Assembly: GCA_045863475.1 (NCBI GenBank)
Contig: BTUR01000004.1
Span: 2,628-66,627, forward strand
Direction: 5' to 3'
From: Candidatus Campbellbacteria bacterium
Lineage (GTDB): Bacteria; Patescibacteriota; Minisyncoccia; Phycocordibacterales; EsbW-18
DNA: 64,000 bases
The translations under genes were made by a program, and so were the position numbers. The number at the start of each line of letters is the position of its first letter. Positions within the stretch are counted from its first letter, which is position 1. Below, in pieces: positions 1-9,852 of the stretch. The notes under the pieces are model-generated. The model was not told the DNA's origin. It did no database searches and saw only the letters and a program-made list of their open reading frames with translations.

Positions 1-2
1 GG

Positions 3-1469
3 GCAACCGTACACGCACTCGCACTCTCAAGTGATGGCGGAACGTTGTATCTTGGCGGAGAATTTGGCGCGGTCAACGGAGGTGGTGCCTTGAGGAACTA
101 TGTTGCGGCCGTCGACACGACAACGAGCCTCGCGACTGCGTTTGATCCTGATGCAGACGCACAGGTGCTTGCACTCGCGCTTTTGGAAGGTGACGGTACG
201 CTTTTCATGGCCGGAGATTTTACATCACTTGATGGTGGCGCGACTGTTCGCAACCGCATTGCGGCGTTCGATACGGCTGGCGCTGGTACTGTGACCGCCT
301 TCAACCCTGATGCTGATAATACGGTTCTAGATCTAGAGTTTGGCCCCGGAGAGACCACTATCTATGCCGGTGGGTCTTTCGCCAATATCGGTGGGGGAGC
401 ACGCAATGAATTTGCAGAGCTTGATGTAACGACAGGCTCGTCTACCCCACTTGATGGTCAGGTGATAAGTGGTGGTGGCTCTACTGTGTATGCAGTCGCA
501 CTCTCTTCGGATGAAAATACCATCTACCTCGGCGGCAGTTTCTCGGATGTGGGTGGTCAGTCACAATCTTTTTTCGGGGAGATAGATGCGACAACAGGCG
601 TCGCCACCGATTTCGACCCAGGGTTTAATCTACGGGTTAACGCGATCGCTGTTTCGACTACCACGACGCAGGTGTTTATTGGCGGCAACTTCTGGAACCA
701 CAGCCGCCAGACCGCCCCTGGTGACCCGATTGCAATCGATGTGTCAGACGCCGCTTTCGTTGACGCCTTCGAGGCTACTTTCAATGACGCGTCGATAGCG
801 CTTTCGTTGACATCAGATGACGAACTCTTGTATGTGGGTACCGAGGGAGTCGTCAGTGGACTGGAGACCGCGGACGGTGATGCGACCGCATTTCTGGATG
901 AAGACATATTCTTTGGGTCTGTCCTTGCCCTTAAACCGGACGATTCCGAACTCTATGTCGCGAGCTATGACCAGGACGACACAGGAGAAACGGAACTACT
1001 TGTTTTTGACGCTGGAGACGAAGGAGGAGATGACGAGGAAGAGGAGGAAGAGGAGGGTGGCGGTGGTAGCGGCGGCTCATCAAGTCATAGAAGGCCAGGC
1101 AGTTCCCAAACCAACATCATATTTATTCTCCTCTCCCGTTTGCAGGAATTGCTCAGAGAGATTGTTGCGCTGGGCGGTACGGTTCCGCCGGAGGCACTGC
1201 AGTACCTCAACATGCCGATTTCCAGGACGGACATCTACCTGAGAAATCTCACGGTTGGTGATGATGGTGGCGACGTCTTGGCACTCCAGAACTTTCTTAT
1301 TGCGCAGAACAAGGGGCCTGCGGCCCAAGCTCTTGCTGCCCATGGTGCGACCGGATACTTTGGTCCACTTACTCGCGCTGCGCTTGCTGAGTACCAGGCT
1401 GCGCTTAAAATCGACCCTGCTGTCGGATACTTCGGTCCCATCACCCGAGGGGTCATTGCCGGGCAATAA
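3..1469 (+). CDS. 5'-partial surface protein: beta-propeller-like repeats, acidic/Gly linker, C-terminal peptidoglycan-binding-like domain
   Basis: The frame is open from the window start. Repeated 'YxGGxF...R...AAxD...G....F.P' motifs; C-terminal 'LTVGDDGGDVLALQNFL...TGYFGPLTRAAL..YQ...GYFGPITR'. Confidence 0.75.
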   Translation, partial: ATVHALALSSDGGTLYLGGEFGAVNGGGALRNYVAAVDTTTSLATAFDPDADAQVLALALLEGDGTLFMAGDFTSLDGGATVRNRIAAFDTAGAGTVTAFNPDADNTVLDLEFGPGETTIYAGGSFANIGGGARNEFAELDVTTGSSTPLDGQVISGGGSTVYAVALSSDENTIYLGGSFSDVGGQSQSFFGEIDATTGVATDFDPGFNLRVNAIAVSTTTTQVFIGGNFWNHSRQTAPGDPIAIDVSDAAFVDAFEATFNDASIALSLTSDDELLYVGTEGVVSGLETADGDATAFLDEDIFFGSVLALKPDDSELYVASYDQDDTGETELLVFDAGDEGGDDEEEEEEEGGGGSGGSSSHRRPGSSQTNIIFILLSRLQELLREIVALGGTVPPEALQYLNMPISRTDIYLRNLTVGDDGGDVLALQNFLIAQNKGPAAQALAAHGATGYFGPLTRAALAEYQAALKIDPAVGYFGPITRGVIAGQ

Positions 1470-1489
1470 CAGTTTGAGGAAAACAAAAC

Positions 1490-1512
1490 TCCCCGCGCCG
1501 AAGCGCGGGGTT
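1490..1512. terminator. Hairpin between convergent genes
   Basis: ccccgcgc-cgaa-gcgcgggg inverted repeat. Confidence 0.6.
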
Positions 1513-1523
1513 GTTGGTACGTA

Positions 1524-1979
1524 CTACCGCGCGGTGACAGGAAGTGGTAGGAGGGAATCTGCCACCATATCCACGAACCGCCTGATGAACTCGACGATGG
1601 ACACGTTGTACTCCCGACGGAAGAGGGCTGTGGTCTGAGCAGGGTTGGCAGGTCGTGACCACACCTGTTCCCACAATCCTTGTCCGCAGAAGTAGATTGG
1701 GCAGCCACCGCTCACGTCGCAGAGAAAGACCATCTTGCCGGCGGTTCCAAGAAGTTCTGCCGCCGCCTGGGCTTCTTCCGAGCGAAGAAATGCTTCCAGA
1801 TCTCGGATGTCTTCCTGAACATCCTCAGGCAGGTTGGAGTGGTGAAACAGCGGGCTGTTGGGATGCTGGATGCTATCCCTCCTCCCCTGATTTCCCGCGC
1901 ACCACATCCGCCACCTTTCCTCCACTTTCTTGACCAACTGTGCCTGCTGGGTCGCTTCCCGGACCTTTTCGATGTTCAT
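1524..1979 (-). CDS. Hypothetical protein (~151 aa)
   Basis: ORF with AAGGAGG SD before the ATG at 1979 (MNIEKVRE...). Confidence 0.6.
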   Translation of the reverse strand: MNIEKVREATQQAQLVKKVEERWRMWCAGNQGRRDSIQHPNSPLFHHSNLPEDVQEDIRDLEAFLRSEEAQAAAELLGTAGKMVFLCDVSGGCPIYFCGQGLWEQVWSRPANPAQTTALFRREYNVSIVEFIRRFVDMVADSLLPLPVTAR

Positions 1980-2086
1980 GTCGCCTCCTTGGTAGGTTGG
2001 GTCTGTGCCTTGTTTGTATACGCCCATTTGGCGCGGTGTGCAAGCTGTTGCACCGGCCTGTTATGCATGGTATTCTTCCATTCGCT

Positions 2087-2371
2087 ATGAAGGCAGATAC
2101 ACACCCGACATACTTTCCGAAGGCACACGTGAAGTGCGCATGCGGAAACACATTTTCAGTAGGTTCGACGAAGGAGCAGCTCGACGTCGAAGTGTGTTCA
2201 TCGTGCCATCCGTTCTACATCGGCGACGACAGCAAGAAAATTCTTGCCGGACGCCTTGAGAAGTTCAAGACACGCCAGACCGCAGCTTCTGCAAAACGCG
2301 AAGAGGCGAAGAAAGTCGCAACAACCAAAAAGACAAAGAAGGCGACCGCAGAAGAATCTTCGGAAAACTAA
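2087..2371 (+). CDS. rpmE: 50S ribosomal protein L31
   Basis: MKADTHPTY...CACGNTF...VEVCSSCHPFY...GRLEKF. Confidence 0.95.
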   Translation: MKADTHPTYFPKAHVKCACGNTFSVGSTKEQLDVEVCSSCHPFYIGDDSKKILAGRLEKFKTRQTAASAKREEAKKVATTKKTKKATAEESSEN

Positions 2372-2422
2372 CTACGTTGGAAGCACCCGACCGTTTCCTG
2401 GTCGGGTGCTTCTTCTTTGCAT

Positions 2423-3388
2423 ATGGAGCTTGACCTCGAACAACTCAAAAAGAATCCACGAACCGCATTCTATGCGGCTGAATTGGAGCGTCTTGCACTT
2501 GAGCGTAAAGATATCGAGCTGACGCTCGCGGCGGACCCGTCACTGCAGGATCTTGCACGGGAGGATTTACAGCAGATAGAAGCGTCAGAGCGTGCACTGA
2601 TTGAGCAGATACAGCATATGACGGCGGAGGAGAAAGCCGAAGAAGAATTCCCAAACGAGATTATTTTGGAAGTACGCGCCGGTGCCGGCGGCGAAGAAGC
2701 GGCGCTGTTTGCTGAAGAACTTGCACATATGTATGAGCGGTACGCCGAGAAGCGCGGCTGGAAGTGGACGATACTTGATGAAAGCCGTGCGGCGATGGAC
2801 GGCTACAAAGACGCGTCGTTTGAGATTCGCGGCAAGGGTGTTTATAAAGAACTTCGTTTTGAAACCGGCGTACACCGCGTGCAGCGTATCCCCGCGACGG
2901 AGAAGTCAGGCCGCGTGCACACCTCAACTGCGTCTGTCGTTATTTTGCCGGTGCGCACAAAACATACGCTTGAAATCAATCCGGCGGATATCGAAATGGA
3001 ATTCTCACGTGCTGGTGGTGCGGGCGGGCAGAACGTGAACAAGGTGGAAACGGCGGTTCGTCTCGTGCACAAACCCACGGGTCTTGCGGTCCGCTCTCAA
3101 GCGGAACGCAGTCAGCAGCGTAACCGTGAAAAGGCGATGGAAATGCTTTTGACGAAACTTGAGGCGCTTGAGGTGCAAAATGCCCAGGCGAGTCTCTCAA
3201 CAGAGCGTCTCTCACAGATAGGTACGGGCGACCGCTCGGAAAAAATCCGCACCTACAACTTTCCCCAGGACCGCGTGACCGACCACCGTATCAAGGAGAG
3301 CTGGTCAAATATCCCGGCAATTATGGAGGGAGGCATCGAGGATATCCTGGAAACCCTCGCACAGGCGTCTGAGAGGGCGGGGGCCTAA
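2423..3388 (+). CDS. prfA: Peptide chain release factor 1
   Basis: [24 protein letters not shown] (PxT motif), GGQNVNK, RTYNFPQ. Confidence 0.95.
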   Translation: MELDLEQLKKNPRTAFYAAELERLALERKDIELTLAADPSLQDLAREDLQQIEASERALIEQIQHMTAEEKAEEEFPNEIILEVRAGAGGEEAALFAEELAHMYERYAEKRGWKWTILDESRAAMDGYKDASFEIRGKGVYKELRFETGVHRVQRIPATEKSGRVHTSTASVVILPVRTKHTLEINPADIEMEFSRAGGAGGQNVNKVETAVRLVHKPTGLAVRSQAERSQQRNREKAMEMLLTKLEALEVQNAQASLSTERLSQIGTGDRSEKIRTYNFPQDRVTDHRIKESWSNIPAIMEGGIEDILETLAQASERAGA

Positions 3389-3395
3389 AACCTTG

Positions 3396-3503
3396 CCCCG
3401 TTAGAGACAAAAAAAAGACAATGACCGTGGCACGTCATCATCACCTTACGCCGAATCAACTCTAAAAATAAGGATATTTCTATAGTCCTGTTCTCTAACG
3501 GGG
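3396..3503. mobile_element. MITE-like element (108 bp) with 12-bp TIR and 4-bp TSD
   Basis: CTTG|CCCCGTTAGAGA...TCTCTAACGGGG|CTTG with an AT-rich interior. Confidence 0.7.
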
Positions 3504-3569
3504 CTTGCCTGAATCGCGGCTTTTTGCTATTCTCTACGAGGCCCACAAGGGCGCTTTTCTTTCATCAAC

Positions 3570-4364
3570 ATGACGACCACAGAAAACCAGAAATCAGTCG
3601 CAGACCTCTTTGCTGCAGGAGCGCACTATGCGTACCCGAAAGCGCGTCGGCACCCGAGCACGAAGAAGTTCATTTTCGGCACAAAAGGCCCTGTAGAGAT
3701 TTTCGATATTGAAAAAACAGCGGATGCGTTGACACGCGCCGTTGAGGCCGTGCAGAAAGTTGCCATGACAGGGAAGAAGGTGCTCTTCGTCGGCGGAAAG
3801 CGCGAGGCACAGAAGGCGGTTCGCAATCTCGCAACGGTTGCAGGCGCGCCGTTTGTTGCAGGACGCTGGGTTGGCGGAACGCTCTCCAATTTCGATATCA
3901 TCAAAAAGCGCGTCGAAAAACTCCTGACGCTTTCTGAAGAACGCGAGCAGGGAACGCTTACGAAGTACACCAAGAAGGAACGATTGCTTATTGATCGACA
4001 GATTAAGCGTCTTGAAGAAATGTTCGGCGGTATCAAAACGATGTCGCAGACTCCGGGCATGCTCGTTGTTGTTGATCCGAAGCACGAGAAAATCGCAATT
4101 GCAGAAGCGACGATGCTTAAGATTCCCATTGTTGCGCTCGCGAACTCCGACTGTGACATTTCAACCATCACGTACCCGATTCCGGGAAGTGATGCGAATG
4201 TTGCGGCAATTACGTACGTTCTTGAACAGCTCACCGGTGCGTATGCACGCGGTGCAGCAGAAGCCCCGAAGAAAACTATTACCATGGAGCGAAAGCCGCA
4301 GCACGAGGCGCACACAGGTGGACGCCGCCTTCCGCGCTCCCCGCGCCCTGCGTCTCGCGCATAA
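3570..4364 (+). CDS. rpsB: 30S ribosomal protein S2
   Basis: AGAHY...HP...FIFG, RWVGGTLSNF, IAIAEA...IPIVALANSDCD. Confidence 0.95.
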   Translation: MTTTENQKSVADLFAAGAHYAYPKARRHPSTKKFIFGTKGPVEIFDIEKTADALTRAVEAVQKVAMTGKKVLFVGGKREAQKAVRNLATVAGAPFVAGRWVGGTLSNFDIIKKRVEKLLTLSEEREQGTLTKYTKKERLLIDRQIKRLEEMFGGIKTMSQTPGMLVVVDPKHEKIAIAEATMLKIPIVALANSDCDISTITYPIPGSDANVAAITYVLEQLTGAYARGAAEAPKKTITMERKPQHEAHTGGRRLPRSPRPASRA

Positions 4365-4375
4365 TCTTTTTTGTT

Positions 4376-4840
4376 ATGTCAGTCAGTGTTTCTGATATCA
4401 AACAATTGCGCGACCAAACCGGTCTGCCGATGAACCAGTGCAAAGAGGCGCTCGAAGTGTCCGGCGGTGACGTTGAAAAGGCGCTTGAATTTTTGAAAGA
4501 AAAAGGCGCAGTGATTGCATCAAAAAAAGCGGGACGAAGCCTTGGATCAGGTTCAATTCAGGCGTACGTACACGGCCACGGTGGTGTTGCTGCACTCGCG
4601 GAGTTGCTCTGCGAGACGGACTTCGTTGCGCGTAATCCGGAATTCCAGACAGTCGCAAAAGATATCGCAATGCAGATTGCCGCGACCGACGATGCGGTAC
4701 TCGAACAGGGTGCAGATGAAATTCTCAAACAGCCTTTTTTCAAAAATCCTGAAGTGACGATTGCACAGCTTATCGAGAGCGCGGTGCAGAAATTCGGCGA
4801 GCGCACGGAGCTCGGCCGCTTCATTAAGTACACTATCTAA
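4376..4840 (+). CDS. tsf: Elongation factor Ts (short form)
   Basis: IKQLRDQTG...CKEAL, ELLCETDFVA; follows rpsB. Confidence 0.95.
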   Translation: MSVSVSDIKQLRDQTGLPMNQCKEALEVSGGDVEKALEFLKEKGAVIASKKAGRSLGSGSIQAYVHGHGGVAALAELLCETDFVARNPEFQTVAKDIAMQIAATDDAVLEQGADEILKQPFFKNPEVTIAQLIESAVQKFGERTELGRFIKYTI

Positions 4841-4881
4841 CACGCTGGCGCGGTCCCGCGTCACGTGTCATCATATTTATT

Positions 4882-5361
4882 ATGACCGTACTCGCGAGCA
4901 TGTTCGGTGGCTCCATACTCCTTATCTCCGCTTTTTTTGCATTCAAGGATTGGGAACGGGGACGCGGCAGGGAAACAGCGTTCTCCGCGCTTTTAAACCG
5001 GTATTCACCATCGGTAGAGCGCTTGTATCGCCGTGTTGTCGCCAAAATTGTTTTCTGGTTGATGGTAGCCGTCGCCACCGTCCGTGCGCTGTTTCGTTTT
5101 GGGTTTGTGCGTGCACTGACGCTTACCCGGGCTACGGTTGCGGTGCTCGGTGCGCACATGATTCATGTCGCACGTGGGGAGCATTTGATTGCAGAAGGAA
5201 AGATACCTTCCACATATTTTAAACTTCTCCATCGACACAAAGAGCGAATTAACGGTACGGATATCCCGAAAGGTATTATCCATCAGGGTATACCCCAGCG
5301 GGTGAAAGTGACGGTTGCCGAGGAAACTAGTAGCGCGACCGCTCCTGCGCAGGTAGAATAG
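4882..5361 (+). CDS. Hypothetical membrane protein
   Basis: 159-aa ORF with an N-terminal hydrophobic segment. Confidence 0.6.
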   Translation: MTVLASMFGGSILLISAFFAFKDWERGRGRETAFSALLNRYSPSVERLYRRVVAKIVFWLMVAVATVRALFRFGFVRALTLTRATVAVLGAHMIHVARGEHLIAEGKIPSTYFKLLHRHKERINGTDIPKGIIHQGIPQRVKVTVAEETSSATAPAQVE

Positions 5362-5370
5362 TCCTCGTAC

Positions 5371-5446
5371 GCCGCCTTAGCTCAGTCGGTAGAGCAACAC
5401 TTTTGTAAAGTGAAGGTCCCCAGTTCGAATCTGGGAGGCGGCTCCA
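5371..5446 (+). tRNA. tRNA-Thr(UGU)
   Basis: GCCGCCT/AGGCGGC acceptor stem, TT-TGT-AA anticodon loop, GTTCGAAT T-loop, encoded CCA. Confidence 0.93.
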
Positions 5447-5626
5447 AACAAGCCTGTCGGGAGAGAAGTGAGGTGCCGTGGCACGTCACTTCTTTTGTTA
5501 GTGAAGGTCCCCAGTTCGAATCTGGGAGGCGGCTCCAAACAAGCCTGTCGGGAGAGAAGTGAGGTGCCGTGGCACGTCACTTCTTTTGTTAGTGAAGGTC
5601 CCCAGTTCGAATCTGGGAGGCGGCTC
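5409..5626 (+). repeat. 91-bp tandem repeat (2.4 copies) containing the tRNA-Thr 3' half
   Basis: Identical units start at 5409, 5500 and 5591. Confidence 0.95.
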
Positions 5627-5719
5627 ACAGAGATTAATTGAACAGCGCGTCCTTAGCTTGCCGGGACGCGTTTTTCTTCCCCTGTGCCAAAGACGGCACG
5701 GACAGGTATAATGATTTTT

Positions 5720-6442
5720 ATGCAAGAACGAAAAGAATATCACCACCCGATGACCCAAGCGATACGCGATGCCGTGCGTATCTTCTCTAGTATGGGATTC
5801 TCCGTCGCCTCCGGTCCCGAGATTGAGGATGAGTGGCACAACTTTACCGCACTTAACGTTCCCAAAGATCACCCCGCGCGTGACATGCAGGACACGTTCT
5901 GGCTTCCCGACGGACGCGTATTGCGCACGCACACGTCTCCGGTGCAGGTTCGGTGGATGCAGACGCACGAGCCGCCAATTCGCGTTATTGTTCCGGGCAA
6001 AGTATTTCGCAACGAGGCAACCGACATGACGCACGAGGCGCAGTTCTACCAACTTGAAGGCCTTGTTATTTCAGAGGACACGACGCTCGCGCATCTCAAG
6101 GGAGTGCTCGAAAAGTTTTTTAAAGAATTTTTCCACGGAGAAGTTGAAGTTCGGCTTCGTCCGAGTTTCTTCGGATTCACCGAACCCTCTGTTGAGGTGG
6201 ACATGCGTCTTTCCGGCGAAGGGGCACCAGCGAAACTGCGCGACCGATGGATTGAGGTTATGGGCGCCGGCATGGTGCATCCGCACGTGCTCAATAATGC
6301 CGGTATTGATCCAAAGCGTTTCCAGGGATTTGCATTTGGTGGTGGTATTGAGCGCCTCTGCATGCTCCGCTGGGGGATTGATGATGTCCGCGTGTTCCAC
6401 GGAGGTGATATCAGGTTTCCGATGCAATTTCCCGCTGAATAA
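5720..6442 (+). CDS. pheS: Phenylalanine-tRNA ligase alpha subunit (catalytic core only)
   Basis: HPARDMQDTF, LRTHTSPVQ, RPSFFGFTEPS, GFAFGGGIERL; the N-terminal coiled-coil arm is absent. Confidence 0.93.
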   Translation: MQERKEYHHPMTQAIRDAVRIFSSMGFSVASGPEIEDEWHNFTALNVPKDHPARDMQDTFWLPDGRVLRTHTSPVQVRWMQTHEPPIRVIVPGKVFRNEATDMTHEAQFYQLEGLVISEDTTLAHLKGVLEKFFKEFFHGEVEVRLRPSFFGFTEPSVEVDMRLSGEGAPAKLRDRWIEVMGAGMVHPHVLNNAGIDPKRFQGFAFGGGIERLCMLRWGIDDVRVFHGGDIRFPMQFPAE

Positions 6443-6444
6443 CT

Positions 6445-6729
6445 ATGAATCCCGATAGTGTAAAAAAGTTTTACTATGTGTATGTGCTCAAGAGTCGGAC
6501 AAATAATCAGTGGTATGTTGGCTATACATCTGATCTTCGAAAGAGATACATCGAGCATAGCCGCGGTAAGAGCACATACACAAAAAAACGCGGTCCGTAC
6601 GAATTAATATATTACGAAGCATACAGAAACGAGCAAGATGCAGTGTCACGAGAACAGCAACTTAAATCTGGGCAAGGGAAAATGTATCTACGCAGGAGAA
6701 TTAAAAGATTTTTAACACTATCGGGATGA
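6445..6729 (+). CDS. Stand-alone GIY-YIG nuclease
   Basis: YYVYVLKS...YVGYTSDL..R..EH..G...YT..RGP..LIYYE...A..RE..LK; low GC. Confidence 0.9.
   Translation: MNPDSVKKFYYVYVLKSRTNNQWYVGYTSDLRKRYIEHSRGKSTYTKKRGPYELIYYEAYRNEQDAVSREQQLKSGQGKMYLRRRIKRFLTLSG
6450..6726. mobile_element. TIR-bounded GIY-YIG element (277 bp) with TGAA TSD
   Basis: TGAA|TCCCGATAGTGT...ACACTATCGGGA|TGAA. Confidence 0.75.
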
Positions 6730-9149
6730 AAGTATCTCGCGCATGGCTCCAAACTTTTTTTGAAACACCACTTCCCGACGCGGGTGAACTTGAACGTGTC
6801 CTCACCTTCGGTGCATTTGAAGTTGAAGGTGTCGAGGAGAATGGTGAGGACAGTATTCTGGACGTGAAAGTGTTGCCAAATCGCGCGCATGACTGTTTGT
6901 GTCACCGCGGTATTGCAAAAGAACTCTCGGTACTGCTTGGGCTATCGCTGTCGCGTGATCCGCTTACGGAGGAGGTGCCGGCATTTGATTCTTTCGGTGA
7001 TGTCTCGGTTTCCGTTGAAAACACCTCCGCGTGTCCTGCGTACCATGCCGCACGCGTAAGCGGTGTGCGCGTCGGCCCGTCACCTGTGTGGCTTGTTAAG
7101 CGTCTTGCAAGCATCGGTCAGCGCTCCATCAATAACGTTGTGGATGCGACGAATCTCGTTATGAATGAACTGGGACAGCCACTGCACGCATTTGATGCCT
7201 CAAAGCTTGGTGGTGCAGACGGGAAGAAAATGATTGCGGTGCGCATGGCGCGCCCGGGCGAGTCGATAACCATCCTCGGAGGTGACAGCTACACGCTTGC
7301 GGATACGGTACAGCTTATTACCGATGCGGCGACGGACACACCTATTGCAATGGCGGGTATCAAGGGAGGAAGTGTTGCTGAGGTTGATGAGAATACAACC
7401 GACATTATTCTCGAGTCCGCGAAATTCCATCCGACGCTGACACGAAAAGCATCACAACTCCTGAAGTTGCGAACCGATGCGTCGTATCGTTTTGAAAATG
7501 AGATTCCGGATGAATTGCCGGCGTACGCGCTTTCCGAACTCATCACGCTCATTAAAGACATCGCCGGAGGCGAGCTTTCCGGATATGCGGGCGTTGTGCG
7601 CCCACGCGCCTCACTGCCGTACAAAATCGGCATCTCATCGCGTGAGGCCAACAAACTTCTCGGTACAGACCTTTCAGACAGTGACATGGAAAAGATTCTT
7701 ACTCGGTACGGTTTTGCATATGAAATGATAGAGGACCCGAGAGTGCGGATTGTGGGGCGCGCGAAGAGTGTTATTGGCGCTCCGTACAAACGCCTGGCGC
7801 GCATCCGCTTCGACACTCCCAAGAGTTTCAACTGCTCATCACTGTCGGCATGGTGTGCGATTGAGGCAGGGTGTTCATTTGGCGTTGCACGTATCGCGAT
7901 TGACCAGTTCGCGTATCTTGATCCTGTTGATGAAAAAAAATTGGCACCCGGTGACTTGGTGTTTACAAATACCGGAGAGGTTCGCACGATGGGGGGTGAG
8001 ATGTATTCAAATGTGCTGGACACGATGGTTCAGGATGAGGCAATTCGCACAAAGACATTGGAATTTTTGCCGGGGACAGATATCGGCCACGGTGTTGATC
8101 ACGTCGGCATCTACACAGGCGACGGAAAGGTTATACATACATCTTCAAAAACAGGGACGGTTGCCGAAGAGGTGCTCTCAGAGAGTCCGACGTTTGCACA
8201 CGAGAAATGGTACCGACGCATCGTCACAGAGGACGAGGTGCGGTTTTCAGTAACAGTTCCGTTTTCACGTCTTGATATGCGCTTGCCCGCCGACCTGATT
8301 GAAGAAATCGGCCGCGCGTACGGGTATGAGAATATTGCCGCACGTGAATTGCCCGCTCCTACCACATCGCCTGAACAGAATAATCTCTGGTGTGCCTCTG
8401 AGACGGTTCGCCGTGCGCTTGCTGGTCTCGGATTTATTGAGGTGTACTCGTATACATTGCGGGAAAACGGGGCGGTGAAACTCGTTAATGCACTTGCGGA
8501 AGATAAAGCATTCATTCGCAGCTCGCTTGTTCCCGGTGTCGTCGAGGCTCTTGAAAAAGGAGAATACCACGCGCCATTTTTGGGACTCACTGAGGTGTTG
8601 GTGTTTGAAATCGGCAATGTGTTTGATGAAAAGAATGAGCACCTGCACGTGTGTATCGGTGCCCGGCCGCTTGCGAGTGCAAAACGCAGTGAGAAGGCAA
8701 ATGCAAAACTCCTGGAAGCGAAAGAGACACTGGAGAAGGCGCTTGGTGTTCACCTCGATGAACAGGTGGGTGAAGAGACGCTTGCGTTCAATCTCAGTTC
8801 CGCCATTGAAGGCAAAACATATGCGTGTCCGGAGTTTTCTCCCGTTGTAGAGTCAGCAGCGTATATTCCACCGTCCTCGTACCCGTTTATGTTGCGCGAC
8901 ATCGCCGTGTGGGTTCCTGACGGGGAGGGAAGCGGGGATGACATTGTCTCTGTGGTGCGAGAGCATGCGGGAAATTTGTTTGCTCGCGCTGATGTGTTTG
9001 ATACGTTTTCAAAGGAAGGAAAGACCTCGTATGCGTACCATCTTGTATTTCAATCGCATGAAAAGACACTCACGGATGCGGAGGTAAACGAAATCATGCA
9101 AAAGGTGACGGATAGCCTTAACGGACGCACGGGTTGGCAAGTTCGTTAA
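6726..9149 (+). CDS. pheT: Phenylalanine-tRNA ligase beta subunit with inserted NlpC/P60 domain
   Basis: PNRAHDCL, INNVVDATN...GQPLHAFD, DLIEEIGRAYGY, C-terminal FDX-ACB 'RDIAV...FQS..KTLTD'. The insert carries FNCSS/DHVGIY/VIH. Confidence 0.92.
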   Translation: MKVSRAWLQTFFETPLPDAGELERVLTFGAFEVEGVEENGEDSILDVKVLPNRAHDCLCHRGIAKELSVLLGLSLSRDPLTEEVPAFDSFGDVSVSVENTSACPAYHAARVSGVRVGPSPVWLVKRLASIGQRSINNVVDATNLVMNELGQPLHAFDASKLGGADGKKMIAVRMARPGESITILGGDSYTLADTVQLITDAATDTPIAMAGIKGGSVAEVDENTTDIILESAKFHPTLTRKASQLLKLRTDASYRFENEIPDELPAYALSELITLIKDIAGGELSGYAGVVRPRASLPYKIGISSREANKLLGTDLSDSDMEKILTRYGFAYEMIEDPRVRIVGRAKSVIGAPYKRLARIRFDTPKSFNCSSLSAWCAIEAGCSFGVARIAIDQFAYLDPVDEKKLAPGDLVFTNTGEVRTMGGEMYSNVLDTMVQDEAIRTKTLEFLPGTDIGHGVDHVGIYTGDGKVIHTSSKTGTVAEEVLSESPTFAHEKWYRRIVTEDEVRFSVTVPFSRLDMRLPADLIEEIGRAYGYENIAARELPAPTTSPEQNNLWCASETVRRALAGLGFIEVYSYTLRENGAVKLVNALAEDKAFIRSSLVPGVVEALEKGEYHAPFLGLTEVLVFEIGNVFDEKNEHLHVCIGARPLASAKRSEKANAKLLEAKETLEKALGVHLDEQVGEETLAFNLSSAIEGKTYACPEFSPVVESAAYIPPSSYPFMLRDIAVWVPDGEGSGDDIVSVVREHAGNLFARADVFDTFSKEGKTSYAYHLVFQSHEKTLTDAEVNEIMQKVTDSLNGRTGWQVR

Positions 9150-9193
9150 ATGCGAAAGCGGCGCAGAGAGGATCTCTGCGCCGCGGGGTTTCT

Positions 9194-9421
9194 TCAGAGG
9201 CTCACGATGAGCGTCCGAGAATTCTCCTCATCGGTGAGCTGAACTCGGCAGCCCTCCTTCAGCATCTCAACGCGCACTTGACCTTTCCATCTGAAGCACT
9301 GGTACAGATGGTCGGAGACGTAATCCGCGATTTTTGGCAAATCGTACTGATATACGCGGACGATGGAATGGATCTGAGCGATGAGCAGCCCGGAGTCGAA
9401 ATCAATCCGTTGCGGACTCAT
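9194..9421 (-). CDS. Hypothetical protein (75 aa)
   Basis: Short ORF with an ATGA overlap to the upstream ORF. Confidence 0.5.
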   Translation of the reverse strand: MSPQRIDFDSGLLIAQIHSIVRVYQYDLPKIADYVSDHLYQCFRWKGQVRVEMLKEGCRVQLTDEENSRTLIVSL

Positions 9422-9681
9422 GCGGGAACCTCCACGTCGACCGTGTACGGTCTGCCATTGGGCGCTGTTGCACTGACGAGCACCAGGGTGCGTCCGGTAC
9501 CGTGCCTTGTGGCGGTCACGGAGAGGTTACGGGTGGTATTGTAGCTGCAAAGCCGCAGCTTCTTCTTTACCTCCTCACCAACACGTTTCCTGCCGAGCTC
9601 GCGGTACTGGTATGCGACGCTACGGATCAAGTCATGCAGGTTGTCTTCACTGATATCAAAAGGAAAACTCGATTGTCCCAT
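9418..9681 (-). CDS. Hypothetical protein (~87 aa)
   Basis: ORF preceded by a GGAGGGG SD-like sequence. Confidence 0.5.
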   Translation of the reverse strand: MGQSSFPFDISEDNLHDLIRSVAYQYRELGRKRVGEEVKKKLRLCSYNTTRNLSVTATRHGTGRTLVLVSATAPNGRPYTVDVEVPA

Positions 9682-9852
9682 CACCCCTCCCTCTGTACGA
9701 TATCTGCGGCAAGAGTACGCGGTGGGGGCTTTTTGGTCAATGTTTTAGGGCCTTTTTTGTACACATAAAAACGCAAAAATACCTTGTTTTTTAAGGTGTT
9801 TTTTGCTATTATGGGACTGTAAAAACAGGTGATTTTTTGTTGTTGAGAGTAT

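Noticed and set aside
4376-4840. Truncated tsf, infB, pheS and valS as pseudogenes
   Set aside because: The catalytic cores are intact and such shortened forms are typical of reduced CPR genomes.
5409-5626. CRISPR array
   Set aside because: The repeat is a tRNA 3' half, the 'spacers' are identical and no cas genes are present.
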